The notes below the pieces were generated by a model that saw nothing but the letters and a program-made list of their open reading frames with translations, was not told where the DNA came from and did no database searches. The translations under genes and the position numbers were made by a program. Below are positions 46,701-58,195 of a stretch of DNA of 64,000 bases, in pieces (within the stretch, counting starts at the first letter, position 1; the number at the start of each line of letters is the position of its first letter). This stretch comes from Macrostomum hystrix (lineage: Eukaryota; Animalia; Platyhelminthes): the NCBI GenBank assembly GCA_950097015.1, contig CATNEN010000039.1, positions 1,798,001 through 1,862,000 on the forward strand. The letters are read 5' to 3'.

Positions 46701-49240
46701 TTGGCAACTATTACGGCCTGAGGGGCATCCACGAGAAGGCGCTGTCCTATTTTCAGAGGGCCCTGCGCCTACGGCCTGACTATGCACTCGTGTGGATTCT
46801 GGTCGGGCACGAGTACCTGGAACTCAAGCAGGTGCGGGAGCTTGCTGCTGATTGGCTAGTGCGCACAGGCGGAATGATTGTGATTGGCTATTGCGGACAG
46901 GCTGAATGCTTGTGATTGGCTATTGCAGACAGGCTGAATGCTTGTGATTGGCTATTGCAGACAGGCTGAATGCTTGTGATTGGCTATTGCGGACAGGCTG
47001 AATGCTTGTGATTGGCTATTGCGGACAGGCTGAATGCTTGTGATTGGCTATTGCAGACAGGCTGAATGCTTGTGATTGGCTATTGCAGACAGGCTGAATG
47101 CTTGTGATTGGCTATTGCGGACAGGCTGAATGCTTGTGATTGGCTATTGCAGACAGGCTGAATGCTTGTGATTGGCTATTGCGGACAGGCTGAATGCTTG
47201 TGATTGGCTATTGCAGACAGGCTGAATGCTTGTGATTGGCTATTGCAGACAGGCTGAATGCTTGTGATTGGCTATTGCAGACAGGCTGAATGCTTGTGAT
47301 TGGCTATTGCGGACAGGCTGAATGCTTGTGATTGGCTATTGCGGACAGGCTGAATGCTTGTGATTGGCTATTGCGGACAGGCTGAATGCTTGTGATTGGC
47401 TATTGCAGACAGGCTGAATGCTTGTGATTGGCTATTGCGGACAGGCTGAATGCTTGTGATTGGCTATTGCAGACAGGCTGAATGCTTGTGATTGGCTATT
47501 GCGGACAGGCTGAATGCTTGTGATTGGCTATTGCAGACAGGCTGAATGCTTGTGATTGGCTATTGCGGACAGGCTGAATGCTTGTGATTGGCTATTGCGG
47601 ACAGGCTGAATGCTTGTGATTGGCTATTGCGGACAGGCTGAATGCTTGTGATTGGCTATTGCGGACAGGCTGAATGCTTGTGATTGGCTATTGCAGACAG
47701 GCTGAATGCTTGTGATTGGCTATTGCGGACAGGCTGAATGCTTGTGATTGGCTATTGCAGACAGGCTAAATGCTTGTGATTGGCTATTGCGGACAGGCTG
47801 AATGCTTGTGATTGGCTAGTGCTCAAGTAATTTCTCTGGGTCTGCAGCTGCAATCACCGGGCTCCACCGCCGCCTCCGCAGGTGAGCCACGCCATCCAGG
47901 CCTACCACAAGGCCGTGTCCTTCAATCCGGCAGACTATCGCGGCTGGTACGGCCTGGGCCACGCGCACGAGCTCAACAACAAGTCCTACTACGCCATCTA
48001 TTACTTCCGCGAGTGCCAGCGACTCTGCAGCACAGATCCACGCGTCATGGTGGCCCTGGGCGAGAGCTACAGCCGAGTGGGCCTCAACGAAGAAGCCAAG
48101 AAGTGCTACGTGAAGGCCTTCCACCTGGGCGATCCGGACACAATGGCGCTGTTCCGGCTGGCCGAGCTGTACGAGCAGCTGGATGAGCGGGTGAGAATTG
48201 CTGCTAATATCAACATGTTAGTCATGTGCTGGGATCTTAATATGGGATACACTGTCCCTGGGATAAAATCTTCGTGTTTCATTCTTCAGTATGAGATCTC
48301 ATCTCGGATTTATTCTCAAAATAAAGATTTTATAAGTTTTTCTCACTCTGGGGTTAGATCTCAGGATTTCGGGTTAGATCTCAGGATTTTGGGTTAGATC
48401 TCAGGATTTCGGGTTAGATCTCAGAATTTCGGTCTCATAATTAGATCTCAGGATTTCGGGTTAGATCTCAGGATTTCAGGTTAGATCTCAGGATTTCAGG
48501 TTAGATCTCAGGATTTCGGTCTTATGGTGAGATCTCACGATTTCGGTTTCATTGTGAGATCTCAGGATTTCGGTTTCATGGTGAGATCTCAGGATTTCGG
48601 TCTCATGGTGAGATCTCAGGATTTCGGTCTCATGGTGAGATCTCAGGATTTCGGTCTCATGGTGAGATCTCAGGATTTCTGTTTCATGGTGAGATCTCAG
48701 GATTTCGGTCTCATGGTGAGATCTCAGGATTTCGGTCTCATGGTGAGATCTCAGGATTTCGGTCTCATGGTGAGATCTCAGGATTTCGGTCTCATGGTGA
48801 GATCTCAGGATTTCTGTTTCATGGTGAGATCTCAGGATTTCGGTCTTATGGTGAGATCTCACGTTCTGTTTCAATAGATTTTACTAAGTCATAAGTTTGC
48901 GTCTATCCGCCCTCAGGACAATGCCTGCAATGCTTACCTGATGCTAATTAGCACGGTCATCAAAAGCGGCGCCACGGATACTAAAGCTGCACCGGCTGCG
49001 TACCGCTACCTGGCCCAGTACTACTTGGAGCGCAGCCAAATTGATGAGGCCACAAAAGCTGCCAAGTTGTGCCTGGACTATGCTGAGACCAAGGAATTCG
49101 GCAAGGACTTGCTGCGCCAGATTGCCCTGCGATCCACCGGTTCCGGGCCTGCGGGCGGAGGCAGCGGCGGCGGCGCTGCTGTTACATTTGCGGCCAAACC
49201 GTCCACTCATTCATCGTTAGTTTGGGCCGCGAAGGATTGA
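43725..49240 (+). CDS. CDC23: Anaphase-promoting complex subunit 8 / cell division cycle 23
   Basis: Exons 43725-44330, 45298-45737, 46573-46831, 47882-48190, 48917-49240 (phases 0,2,0,0). RGLNASASWLAE, YCLAKSYFDRGEF, DKYRPETCCVVGNYY, WILVGHEYLELK, DYRGWYGLGHAHE TPR motifs. Confidence 0.95.
44455..45270. repeat. Compound minisatellite (70-bp then 33-bp units) in CDC23 intron 1
   Basis: 33-bp unit CACAAGCCCTCACCCACCAAATCACCAGATTTACAG-like. Confidence 0.9.
45733..46527. repeat. 23-bp minisatellite spanning the CDC23 exon 2 donor
   Basis: Unit GATGGGTGAGATTCTGTGTAGAT, ~34 copies; the first copy supplies the real donor GG|GTGAGA. Confidence 0.95.
46878..47818. repeat. 32-bp minisatellite in CDC23 intron 3
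   Basis: Unit TGTGATTGGCTATTGC(G/A)GACAGGCTGAATGCT, ~29 copies. Confidence 0.96.
48350..48862. repeat. 20/27-bp minisatellite in CDC23 intron 4
   Basis: Unit ATGGTGAGATCTCAGGATTTCGGTCTC with palindrome TGAGATCTCA. Confidence 0.93.
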
Positions 49241-49582
49241 CAGTTCGGTCGTTGCAACAATGACTGCCCTGACCTACTATAAGTAGCCGTAGTTTCTTGT
49301 TAGCAAGATTTTTTTCCTAAGAAAACTTACAAGTTTGCATTTTCGGTACATCGTGGCTGCAATTGTGTGTAATTATAAATGGCACATCTATTTTTATGTG
49401 AACAATTCAATATTTTCAAACGCTTTTAGTAAACGCAAAATAAGAATGTTTTATTGGTGTCAAATTCCTGCACAGAATCCTGGTCTAGCACTGTGTTCTC
49501 AAATTCACTACTGTGCGGCGTGAGTGGCCAGCTGCTGAAAATTCTGTTTGTCTTTCATTTTTTATGATTCTATTGTGTTAAG

Positions 49583-49955
49583 GTCGGTCATTACCCCCAC
49601 CGCTGTCTGAGTTGGTCATTACCCTCCCAGCTGTCTGGGTTGGTCATTACCCTCCCTGCTGTCTGGGTTGGTCATTACCCTCCTAGCTGTCTGGGTTGGT
49701 CATTACCCCCACTGCTGTCTGAGTTGGTCATTACCCTCCCTGCTGTCTGGGTTGGTCATTACCCTCCCAGCTGTCTGGGTTGGTCATTACCCTCCCTGCT
49801 GTCTGGGTTGGTCATTACCCTCCCTGCTGTCTGGGTTGGTCATTACCCTCCCTGCTGTCTGAGTTGGTCATTACCCTCCCTGCTGTCTGAGTTGGTCATT
49901 ACCCTCCCTGCTGTCTAGGTTGGTCATTACCCTCCCTGCTGACTGAGTTGGTCAT
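49583..49955. repeat. 28-bp minisatellite between CDC23 and RCBTB
   Basis: Unit TTGGTCATTACCCTCCCTGCTGTCTGGG. Confidence 0.93.
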
Positions 49956-50022
49956 CCCTGTTATCCTCCTTCATTATACTCCCCGCACCTCTTGCAGCCC
50001 GCGTCGTGCCTTCCCTGCCGCC

Positions 50023-53000
50023 ATGTCGGAGTCTCCAGTCGACGTCGGACCGGGCGGCAGCTTCGGCTCGGAGATGCAGTCACTGCTGGACCGCTGGGGC
50101 GTGTTCAGCCTCCTTGATGCCGAGCTGCTTGGCCGGGTGGCATTCGCCTTTGTCTACGGCGACTGCGGCAACGAGGCCCTACTGGTCACTGGGGATGACA
50201 GCGTCTACTGGGTGGCCAGCGGAACTGCGGGTGGGCGATACATTCCACACTGCCTCCTTCCACTCTGCTTCCTTCCCCTCTGCCTCCTTCCCCACTGCCT
50301 CCTTTCCTCTGCCTCCTTCCCACTGCCTCCTTTCCTCTGCCGCCTTCCCCACTGCCTCCTTCCCCACTGCCTCCTTCCCCTCTGCCTCCTTTCCTCTGCC
50401 TCCTTCCCCACTGCCTCCTTCCCCACTGCCTCCTTCCCCTCTGCCTCCTTCCCCTCTGCCTCCTTCCCCACTGCCTCCTTTCCTCTGCCTCTTTCCCCAC
50501 TGCCTCCTTCCCCTCTGCCTCCTTCCCCACTGCCTCCTTTCCTCTGCCTCCTTCCCCACTGCCTCCTTCCCCACTGCCTCCTTCCCCTCTGCCTCCTTCC
50601 CCTCTGCCTCCTTCCCCTCTGCCTCCTTCCCCACTGCCTCCTTTCCTCTGCCTCTTTCCCCACTGCCTCCTTCCCCTCTGCCTCCTTCCCCACTGCCTCC
50701 TTTCCTCTGCCTCCTTCCCCTATGCCTTCTCCTCCTTTGTCTTTGCCGTCACGCCTGTTTATCTGACCTGTTAAGTCACCAGTTTATTCCACCTGTTTAT
50801 CCCACCTATTTATCCCACCTGTTTTTCCCACCTGTTTATCCCACCTATTTATCCCACCTGTTTTTCCCACCTGTTTATCCCACCTATTTATCCCACCTGT
50901 TTTTCCCACCTGTTTATCCCACCTATTTATCCCACCCGTTTATCCCACCTGCTTATCCCACTTGCTTACCCCAACTGTTCATTGCACCTGATTGTCCCCG
51001 CTGTCTCGGCAGGCTCACCCGGCGCCGATCCCGAAGCGCAGCAGGCCGCCGGAACCAATGGCCTGGCTGTTCAGCTGGACGTCCTGTGCGGCAGCCGGGT
51101 GATTGACGTGGCCACTGGCCGCGGCCCCCACATGCTGGCCCTGACCGCCAGCGGCGACCTATACACATGGGGCAATAATACCCACTGCCAGCTGGGCAAT
51201 GGGAACACAAATCAGCTGCTGCTGCCTACTCTCACCAGCCTGCTCAAGGTGAGAAGCATCGCCTGCGGCGGCAGTCACTCTTTGGCGCTGACCCAGGACG
51301 GCGAGGTCTACGGCTGGGGCTGCAACAACTACGGACAGGTTAGGAGCGACGTCCATGCCTTCATTATTCGCTTCTGATGCTTCAGTGTCCCTGATGCTTC
51401 AGTGTCCCTGATGCTTCAGTGTCCCTGATGCTTCAGTGTCCCTGATGTTTCAGTGTCCCTGATGCTTCAGTGTCCCTGATGCTTCCGTGTCCCTGATGCT
51501 TCAGTGTCCCTGATGCTTCAGTGTCCCTGATGCTTCAGTGTCCCTGATGCTTCAGTGTCCCTGATGCTTCAGTGTCCCTGATGCTTCAGTGTCCCTGATG
51601 CTTCAGTGTCCCTGATGTTTCAGTGTCCCTGATGCTTCAGTGTCCCTGATGCTTCCGTGTCCCTGATGCTTCAGTGTCCCTGATGCTTCCGTGTCCCTGA
51701 TGCTTCAGTGTCCCTGATGCTTCAGTGTCCCTGATGCTTCAGTGTCCCTGATGCTTCAGTGTCCCTGATGCTTCAGAGTCCCTGATGTTTCAGTGTCCCT
51801 GATGCTTCAGTGTCCCTGATGCTTCCGTGTCCCTGATGCTTCAGTGTCCCTGATGCTTCCGTGTCCCTGATGCTTCAGTGTCCCTGATGCTTCAGTGCCT
51901 AAAATTATACTTGTTTTATTCTATGCGCGTATTTTTGCATATTATTCTCCAAGGTGGGCTCCGGCACTACGGTGAATCAGTCGTCGCCACGCCGTCTAGC
52001 CGGCCCGCTGACGAATCGCCGAGTGGCTTACATCGCCGCCTGCCAGGCCGCCTCCTTCGCCGTGTGCGCCGCCGGCGAGGTGTTCGCTTGGGGCTGCAAC
52101 AAGCACGGCCAGCTTGGCATCGGCACCAGCGGAGCCAATCAGAGCGCTCCGGTCCGACTGGAGTCTCTGGAGCGCCGGTTCGTCAGCCGCCTGGCCTGCG
52201 GTCAGAGTCACGTGCTGGCCCTGACAGACGAGGGCGAGCTTTTCGCCTGGGGCGCCAATTCATTTGGCCAGCTGGCCTGCACCATCGCCAAGCTGGCCAA
52301 TGTTAACAGCTGCGTCAGCGTCGGCGTAGCCAACCGCGGCGGCCCGGGCGGGGCGGCGGCCCGCAGCGCCAGTCCCAGCCAGGCCTCGGTTAGCTATAAT
52401 AGTGCATTCTCACCAGTACAGGTGCTGCAGCATCGCGGCCGGTTCATCGACATTGGCGCGGTGCACTATAGCCACACCTCAGCCGGCATGACGGAGACCG
52501 GCCTGGTGCTGGCCTGGGGCCTGTGCCGCGGCCAGCCGATCACCGTTCCCATGGTGACCAGGTTTCTAAGCATCAACGACGTCTTTGCGAGCATGTCGCA
52601 TCCGCCCGTTACGTGCAAGAAGTTGGAGTTTAGTGAGCGTTCATTTGGGAAACTTTCTGACTGCGCCAGTTGCTCGACTTGATTTTCCTAACTTAATACT
52701 CAAATCCTGAGTTGAAACTTAAAATGCTCAGATTTCCTCCTCCCTCAGATGCCACTAGCTCCCTCCCAGATCCTCAGATGCCACTAGCTCCCTCCCAGAT
52801 CCTCAGATGCCACTAGTTCCCTCCCAGATCCTCAGATGCCACTAGCTCCCTCCCAAATCCTCAGATGCCACTAGTTCCCTCCCAGATCCTCAGATGCCAC
52901 TAGCTCCATCCCAGATCCTCAGATGCCACTAGCTCCCTCCCAGATCCTCAGATGCCACTAGCTCCCTTCCAGATCCTCAGATGCCACTAGCTCCCTTCCA

Positions 53001-54735
53001 GATCCTCAGATGCCACTAGCTCCCTTCCAGATCCTCAGATGCCACTAGCTCCATCCCAGATCCTCAGATGCCACTAGCTCCCTCCCAGATCCTCAGATGC
53101 CACTAGCTCCCTCCCAGATCCTCAGATGCCACTAGCTCCCTCCCAGATCCTCAGATGCCACTAGCTCCCTTCCAGATCCTCAGATGCCACTAGCTCCCTT
53201 CCAGATCCTCAGATGCCACTAGCTCCCTTCCAGATCCTCAGATGCCACTAGCTCCCTCCCAGATCCTCAGATGCCACTAGCTCCCTCCCAAATCCTCAGA
53301 TGCGACAAGGGAGGATCGCTCTCAAATCCGATATTGAGTCTTTGTTTCTGATTATCAATAACCTATATTTGCTTCAGAACCCAGCTACACAATTAGCGTC
53401 TCCCAGAGCATCCACCTGGCTTTTAACGACCCGGCAACCAGTGACGTCACCTTCCTGGTTGATGGCAAGCCGATTTATGCTCACAAGAGCATTCTGCGCA
53501 TTCGCTGCGATCATTTTCGAACCATGTTTAATGATAACTGGAGCGAGAGTCAAAACTCTGGCCAGGTGAGCAACCTTAAGATCAGTGTCTCATATATATC
53601 ATGGGTGAGATTGTTGTATCTCATGGGTGAGATTCGTGTATGTCATGGGTGAGATTCCTGTATCTCAGGGGTGAGATTAGTGTGTCTCATGGGTGAGATT
53701 CGTGTATCTCATGGGTGAGATTCCTGTATCTCAGGGGTGAGATTAGTGTGTCTCATGGGTGAGATTCGTGTATCTCATGGGTGAGATTCGTGTATCTCAG
53801 GGGTGAGATAATTATATCTTATGGGTGAGATTAGCGTATCCCATGGGTGAGATTGGTGTCTGGTCTCATGGATAAGATTGGTGTCTGGTCTAATGGGTGA
53901 GATTGGTGTCTGGTCTCATGGGTGAGATTGGTATCTGGTCTCATGGGTGAGATTGGTGTCTGGTCTAATGGGTGAGATTGGTGTTTGGTCTCATGGGTGA
54001 AGTTGAGATATGATTTCTTGGTGCCTGGCAACTCGGAGATAGGCTCCAACAGCAACTCCGCCCGTGTCCAGGTGGTGATTCGCGACTTCACCTACTCGGT
54101 CTACCGGGCCTTCTTGGAGTTCCTGTACACCGACTGTGTCAACCTGTCCCCTGAGGAAGCTGTCTGCCTGCTAGACTTGGCTAATTGCTACTGCGAGGCG
54201 CCACTTAAGTCCTACTGCGAGCGGTTAATTAGAAACAGCATCACCGTTGACAACGCCATGATGCTCTACTCGGCTGCCGTGAAATTCTCGGCTACGGTGC
54301 GTCTCCTTGGCTCACTTTCTCAGCTCTTGCTCAGCTTATGTATTCCTCAATATTCCTCAGCTCCTGCTATATGCCATTTCCTATCATCCTGGGATCTCCC
54401 AATCCCTCATCCTTGGATCTCCCAATCCCTCATCCATGGATCTCCCAATCCCTCATCCTTGGATCTCCCAACCCCTCATCCTTGGATCTCCCAATCCTTG
54501 GGATCTCCCAATCCCTGGGATCTCCCAATCCCTGGGATCTCCCAATCCCTGGGATCCCCAAATTCCTCATCCTCGCAATCTTGAAATCCCGCAGGAGCTG
54601 TTCAACTTCTGCTTCGAGTTCGCGATGCACCATCTCAGCCGGGTTGTCACCACGGAGGCCTTCGACGAGCTGGACGAGGCCACTCTGCGCTCCTTCCTGC
54701 GTCTAGCCGCGGCTGCCGGCGCCTTTAAGTACTGA
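50023..54735 (+). CDS. RCBTB1: RCC1 and BTB domain-containing protein (RCBTB1/2 ortholog)
   Basis: Exons 50023-50230, 51013-51338, 51954-52632, 53378-53565, 54072-54296, 54595-54735 (phases 1,0,1,0,0). RCC1 repeats ([22 protein letters not shown]), BTB ([24 protein letters not shown]), C-terminal AAAAGAFKY. Confidence 0.93.
50248..50975. repeat. Pyrimidine-rich 15-bp repeat plus TTTATCCCACC repeat in RCBTB intron 1
   Basis: CTGCCTCCTTCCCCA units followed by CCCACCTGTTTAT units. Confidence 0.9.
51374..51898. repeat. 17-bp minisatellite (CTGATGCTTCAGTGTCC)
   Basis: About 31 copies in RCBTB intron 2. Confidence 0.95.
52742..53302. repeat. 29-bp minisatellite (CCTCAGATGCCACTAGCTCCCTCCCAGAT)
   Basis: About 19 copies in RCBTB intron 3. 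Confidence 0.95.
53598..54000. repeat. Minisatellite with ATGGGTGAGATT core (units ~21-25 bp) in RCBTB intron 4
   Basis: Units TCATGGGTGAGATTCGTGTATC-like and TCATGGGTGAGATTGGTGTCTGGTC-like. Confidence 0.88.
54385..54572. repeat. Short minisatellite (GGATCTCCCAATCCCT) in RCBTB intron 5
   Basis: Tandem units of roughly 18-25 bp. Confidence 0.8.
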
Positions 54736-55435
54736 CGTAGCTTATTTTCACCAGACTCTTGCCTGACCAAGGCTGTTCCCCGCATTTACTGCTTACACCT
54801 AGCATACACCTGAACAGGTGGAATTTTATTAGCAAGCCAATAGGCTTATAAGGGCTCCTTATTTCGCGGATCACATTGAGAGGCACATTTTTCACTAACT
54901 GATCGATCTAATTTAATTTCTATTGGAAGTGAAAGTTTCATTCCGTTGATTGGAATGCGAGTGAGACAATGCTTTTGATTTATTATTATTTTCTGTGATA
55001 AGACTTTCATGTGCAGATTTATTATTCTGCTAGGCATTCTTCAGCATGTTTTACTTTTTTTGTAGTCCTAAAGTGAGTGTACCGCTATAATTTACCCGTA
55101 GCTTCCTGAGATAAGTGCATTTGCGGAATATTTATCAGCTTGCCGATCCATTTCAACATTTATTGAAAAGTGCTCTTTCATTTTTTTGCGTGCTTAGCGC
55201 AATCCAATCCTAGTAACTCCTGCCGCCACACATTGCCCCAATGAATCATTTTCTTTCTATTGAAGCCAAACGCGACGCGGAATCTTGTTTTTTAGTTTTT
55301 CCTCTTAATAAGAATATTCTTACATCTTTTTTGCTATAAGTTTTACCGCTGTTTGCTCTTCTATTTTTTCATTTCTTTTTTTCTGTGGCTTAATTAGCGT
55401 TTAAATCAATTAGATAGAGTAGCTCATAAACTCTC

Positions 55436-56243
55436 CGGTGATGGACTCACCTTCCCAGGTCCTCGGGTGATGGACTCACCTTCCCAGGTCCTCAGGTGAT
55501 GGACTCATCTTCCCAGGTCCTCAGGTGATGGACTCACCTTCCCAGGTCCTCGGGTGATGGACTCACCTTCCCAGGTCCTCAGGTGATGGACTCACCTTCC
55601 CAGGTCCTCAGGTGATGGACTCATCTTCCCAAGTCCTCAGGTAATGGACTCACCTTCCCAGGTCCTCGGGTGATGGACTCACCATTCCCAGGTCCTCAGG
55701 TGGTGGACTCACCTTCCCAGGTCCTCGGGTGATGGACTCACCATTCCCAGGTCCTCAGGTGGTGGACTCACCTTCCCAGGTCCTCAGGTGGTGGACTCAC
55801 CTTCCCAGATACTCAGGTAATGGACTCACCATTCCCAGGTCCTCAGGTGGTGGACTCACCTTCCCAGATACTCAGGTAATGGACTCACCATTCCCAGGTC
55901 CTCAGGTGGTGGACTCACCTTCCCAGATACTCAGGTAATGGACTCACCTTTCCCAGGTCCTCAGGTGGTGGACTCACCTTCCCAGATACTCAGGTAATGG
56001 ACTCACCATTCCCAGGTCCTCAGGTGGTGGACTCACCATTCCCAGGTCCTCAGGTGGTGGACTCACCTTCCCAGGTCCTCAGGTGGTGGACTCACCTTTC
56101 CAGGTCCTCAGGTGATGGACTCACCATTCCCAGGTCCTCAGGTGGTGGACTCACCATTCCCAGGTCCTCAGGTGGTGGACTCACCTTCCCAGGTTCTCAG
56201 GTGGTGGACTCACCTTTCCAGGTCCTCAGGTGATGGACTCACT
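55436..56243. repeat. 29-bp minisatellite (GGTGATGGACTCACCTTCCCAGGTCCTCA)
   Basis: About 28 copies between RCBTB and PRKRIP1; unit contains inverted repeat AGGTGA-N5-TCACCT. Confidence 0.95.
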
Positions 56244-56390
56244 TTCACAGGTCCTCGCGGGGGACTCTTTTGCAGATTTCAGATCTGCTGTCGATGTACT
56301 CACCCCTCAGATCCTTGGCTTTTAGGCACTCTTGTATCTCAAAGTTATTCGTAGCTAGCTGATAAGTCACAATTTTACATTCGATTTCAG

Positions 56391-56990
56391 TCATCTTTCT
56401 CAGCTTCGTCGGCTGCCACCGCGGCAGCATCAAAGAAGACCGATGACACAGAAGCCGCCGACGACGCCCCAGACGATGGCAGGAATTTTATTGTAGCCAT
56501 CGACACAGGCAGAACCACCGCTCCGATCAGGCGCGGCCAGCCCAAGACCGGCTACGATTTGATGCGCAAGAGGCTGGACAAGCTCATGTCCAAGCCTGAC
56601 GAGCCTGTCCAGCTGCCCGGACCCAAGCGGGAGCGGCGGCCACGCGAGCCCTGGCAGTTTGTGCGCAACGTTCGCGGCAGCTCGGCCGGCGTCGGCTCTG
56701 GCGACTTCGACATCTATCGTGGCATCCGGCGGCGCGAGTTCGAACGCCGCGAATACATGGACAGGAAGGACGCCGAGGCCAAGGCCGAAGCGGAATTCGA
56801 GGAGAGAGTCAGCTCCAAGCAGACCGAGCTGGCCGAGCAGCAGGCCAAAAAACGGGCCAAGCGGCTCAAGAAGAAAGCCAAAGCCAAGCAGGCGAAGGGG
56901 AAGAAGCCGCGCCTCACTGAAGGAGCTGCTGCTGCTGATTCTTCGTCAGGCGATGAAAGTGGAGATCAGGAAGAGGAGGCTGGATCATGA
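56391..56990 (+). CDS. PRKRIP1: PRKR-interacting protein 1 homolog (spliceosomal)
   Basis: KLMSKPDEPV, FVRNVRGSSAGVGSGDFDIYRGIRRREFER and basic KKRAKRLKKK match the family. Coding-like frame begins at 56391; first in-frame ATG is only at 56562. Confidence 0.9.
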   Translation, partial: SSFSASSAATAAASKKTDDTEAADDAPDDGRNFIVAIDTGRTTAPIRRGQPKTGYDLMRKRLDKLMSKPDEPVQLPGPKRERRPREPWQFVRNVRGSSAGVGSGDFDIYRGIRRREFERREYMDRKDAEAKAEAEFEERVSSKQTELAEQQAKKRAKRLKKKAKAKQAKGKKPRLTEGAAAADSSSGDESGDQEEEAGS

Positions 56991-57214
56991 AATTCTGCAT
57001 TGATGCACAATGCTTATGACTTTATTACTTACCAAATTTTTATTCTGCTGTAAATATTTTTTTCAAATATAACGGCGACTAACTGTGTTTTATGTACCCG
57101 TTAATTCCCAACCGTTGTCGACTTCATTTTAACGTCACTTATGAGTTTAATTTCATAATAATTTTATTTATACAATTATAATGTACGTATAAAGAGTAAA
57201 TGTACTGTACTCGC

Positions 57215-57339
57215 TACTGTCTGCCTGTCTGTCTGTCTGGTCTGTCCTGTTTGCTCTGTCTGCCTGCCTGTCTGTCTGTCTGTCTGTCTCTCTGTCTGTC
57301 TGTCTGTCTGTCTGGTCTGTCCTGTTTGCTCTGTCTGCC

Positions 57340-57376
<37 letters not shown>

Positions 57377-57449
57377 GGTCTGTCCTGTTTGCTCTGTCTG
57401 CCTGTCTGTCTGTCTGTCTGGTCTGTCCTGTTTGCTCTGTCTCTCTGCC

Positions 57450-57482
<33 letters not shown>

Positions 57483-57665
57483 GGTCTGTCCTGTTTGCTC
57501 TGTCTGTCTGTCTGTCTCTCTGTCTGTCTGTCTCTCTGTCTGTCTGTCTCTCTGTCTGTCTCTCTGTCTGTCTGTCTGTCTGTCTGTCTGGTCTGTCCTG
57601 TTTGCTCTGTCTGTCTGTCTGTCTGTCTGTCTATCCTGTCTATCCTGTCTGTCCTGTCTGTTTGT
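57215..57665. repeat. (CTGT)n microsatellite with interspersed GGTCTGTCCTGTTTGCT modules
   Basis: Direct inspection. Confidence 0.93.
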
Positions 57666-58131
57666 GTGTCCGGTATTTAAGTTTACGGACTGAATGGCTG
57701 AACAAATTTTTCTAAAACTTGCCAAATTCGTTTGAAAATTCTTGTGAGATTATGTGGATCTCTTTTTAAAAAAAGACCCTTTATGGGAAGATGGAAAGAT
57801 GGCTAAATACTCGAAAGCATTCTTTTTGCTGCTGTTTTCAAATTTCACAATTTTTCATCTTTGAAAGAGGGACCTGAACTGCCTATTTTAATTGATTGCA
57901 TCATAACTAAGTAGCTTAGTCCAGTCATAACGAGACAAAGCTGAGATGCGCAGAAAGTGAGAAGATATAGGGTGCATGGTGCAGTGTGTGAGAGATACAA
58001 TTCAGACTACTGACAGTAGAAAAGCAAAGACTTGGCTGCAAAACTCTCACATAACACAAAAAAAATATCGCCATAAAAATGGCAAGCTTAAAAGAGACTT
58101 CTATGCACACTAAGAGTGGTGGGAGAGGACT

Positions 58132-58195
58132 GCGTGTGGCTATGGCTGACTGACGAAGGCAAACAAGCCAGAAACCGGTCTCGGTCTGCCAGCGC
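58132..58195 (+). ncRNA. Candidate minimal type I hammerhead ribozyme (Penelope-LTR style)
   Basis: CTGACGA 58150-58156, stem II GGC/GCC, GAAA 58171-58174, palindromic ACCGGT and GTC triplet 58178-58180, stem I GGCTGA/TCGGTC. Confidence 0.55.
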
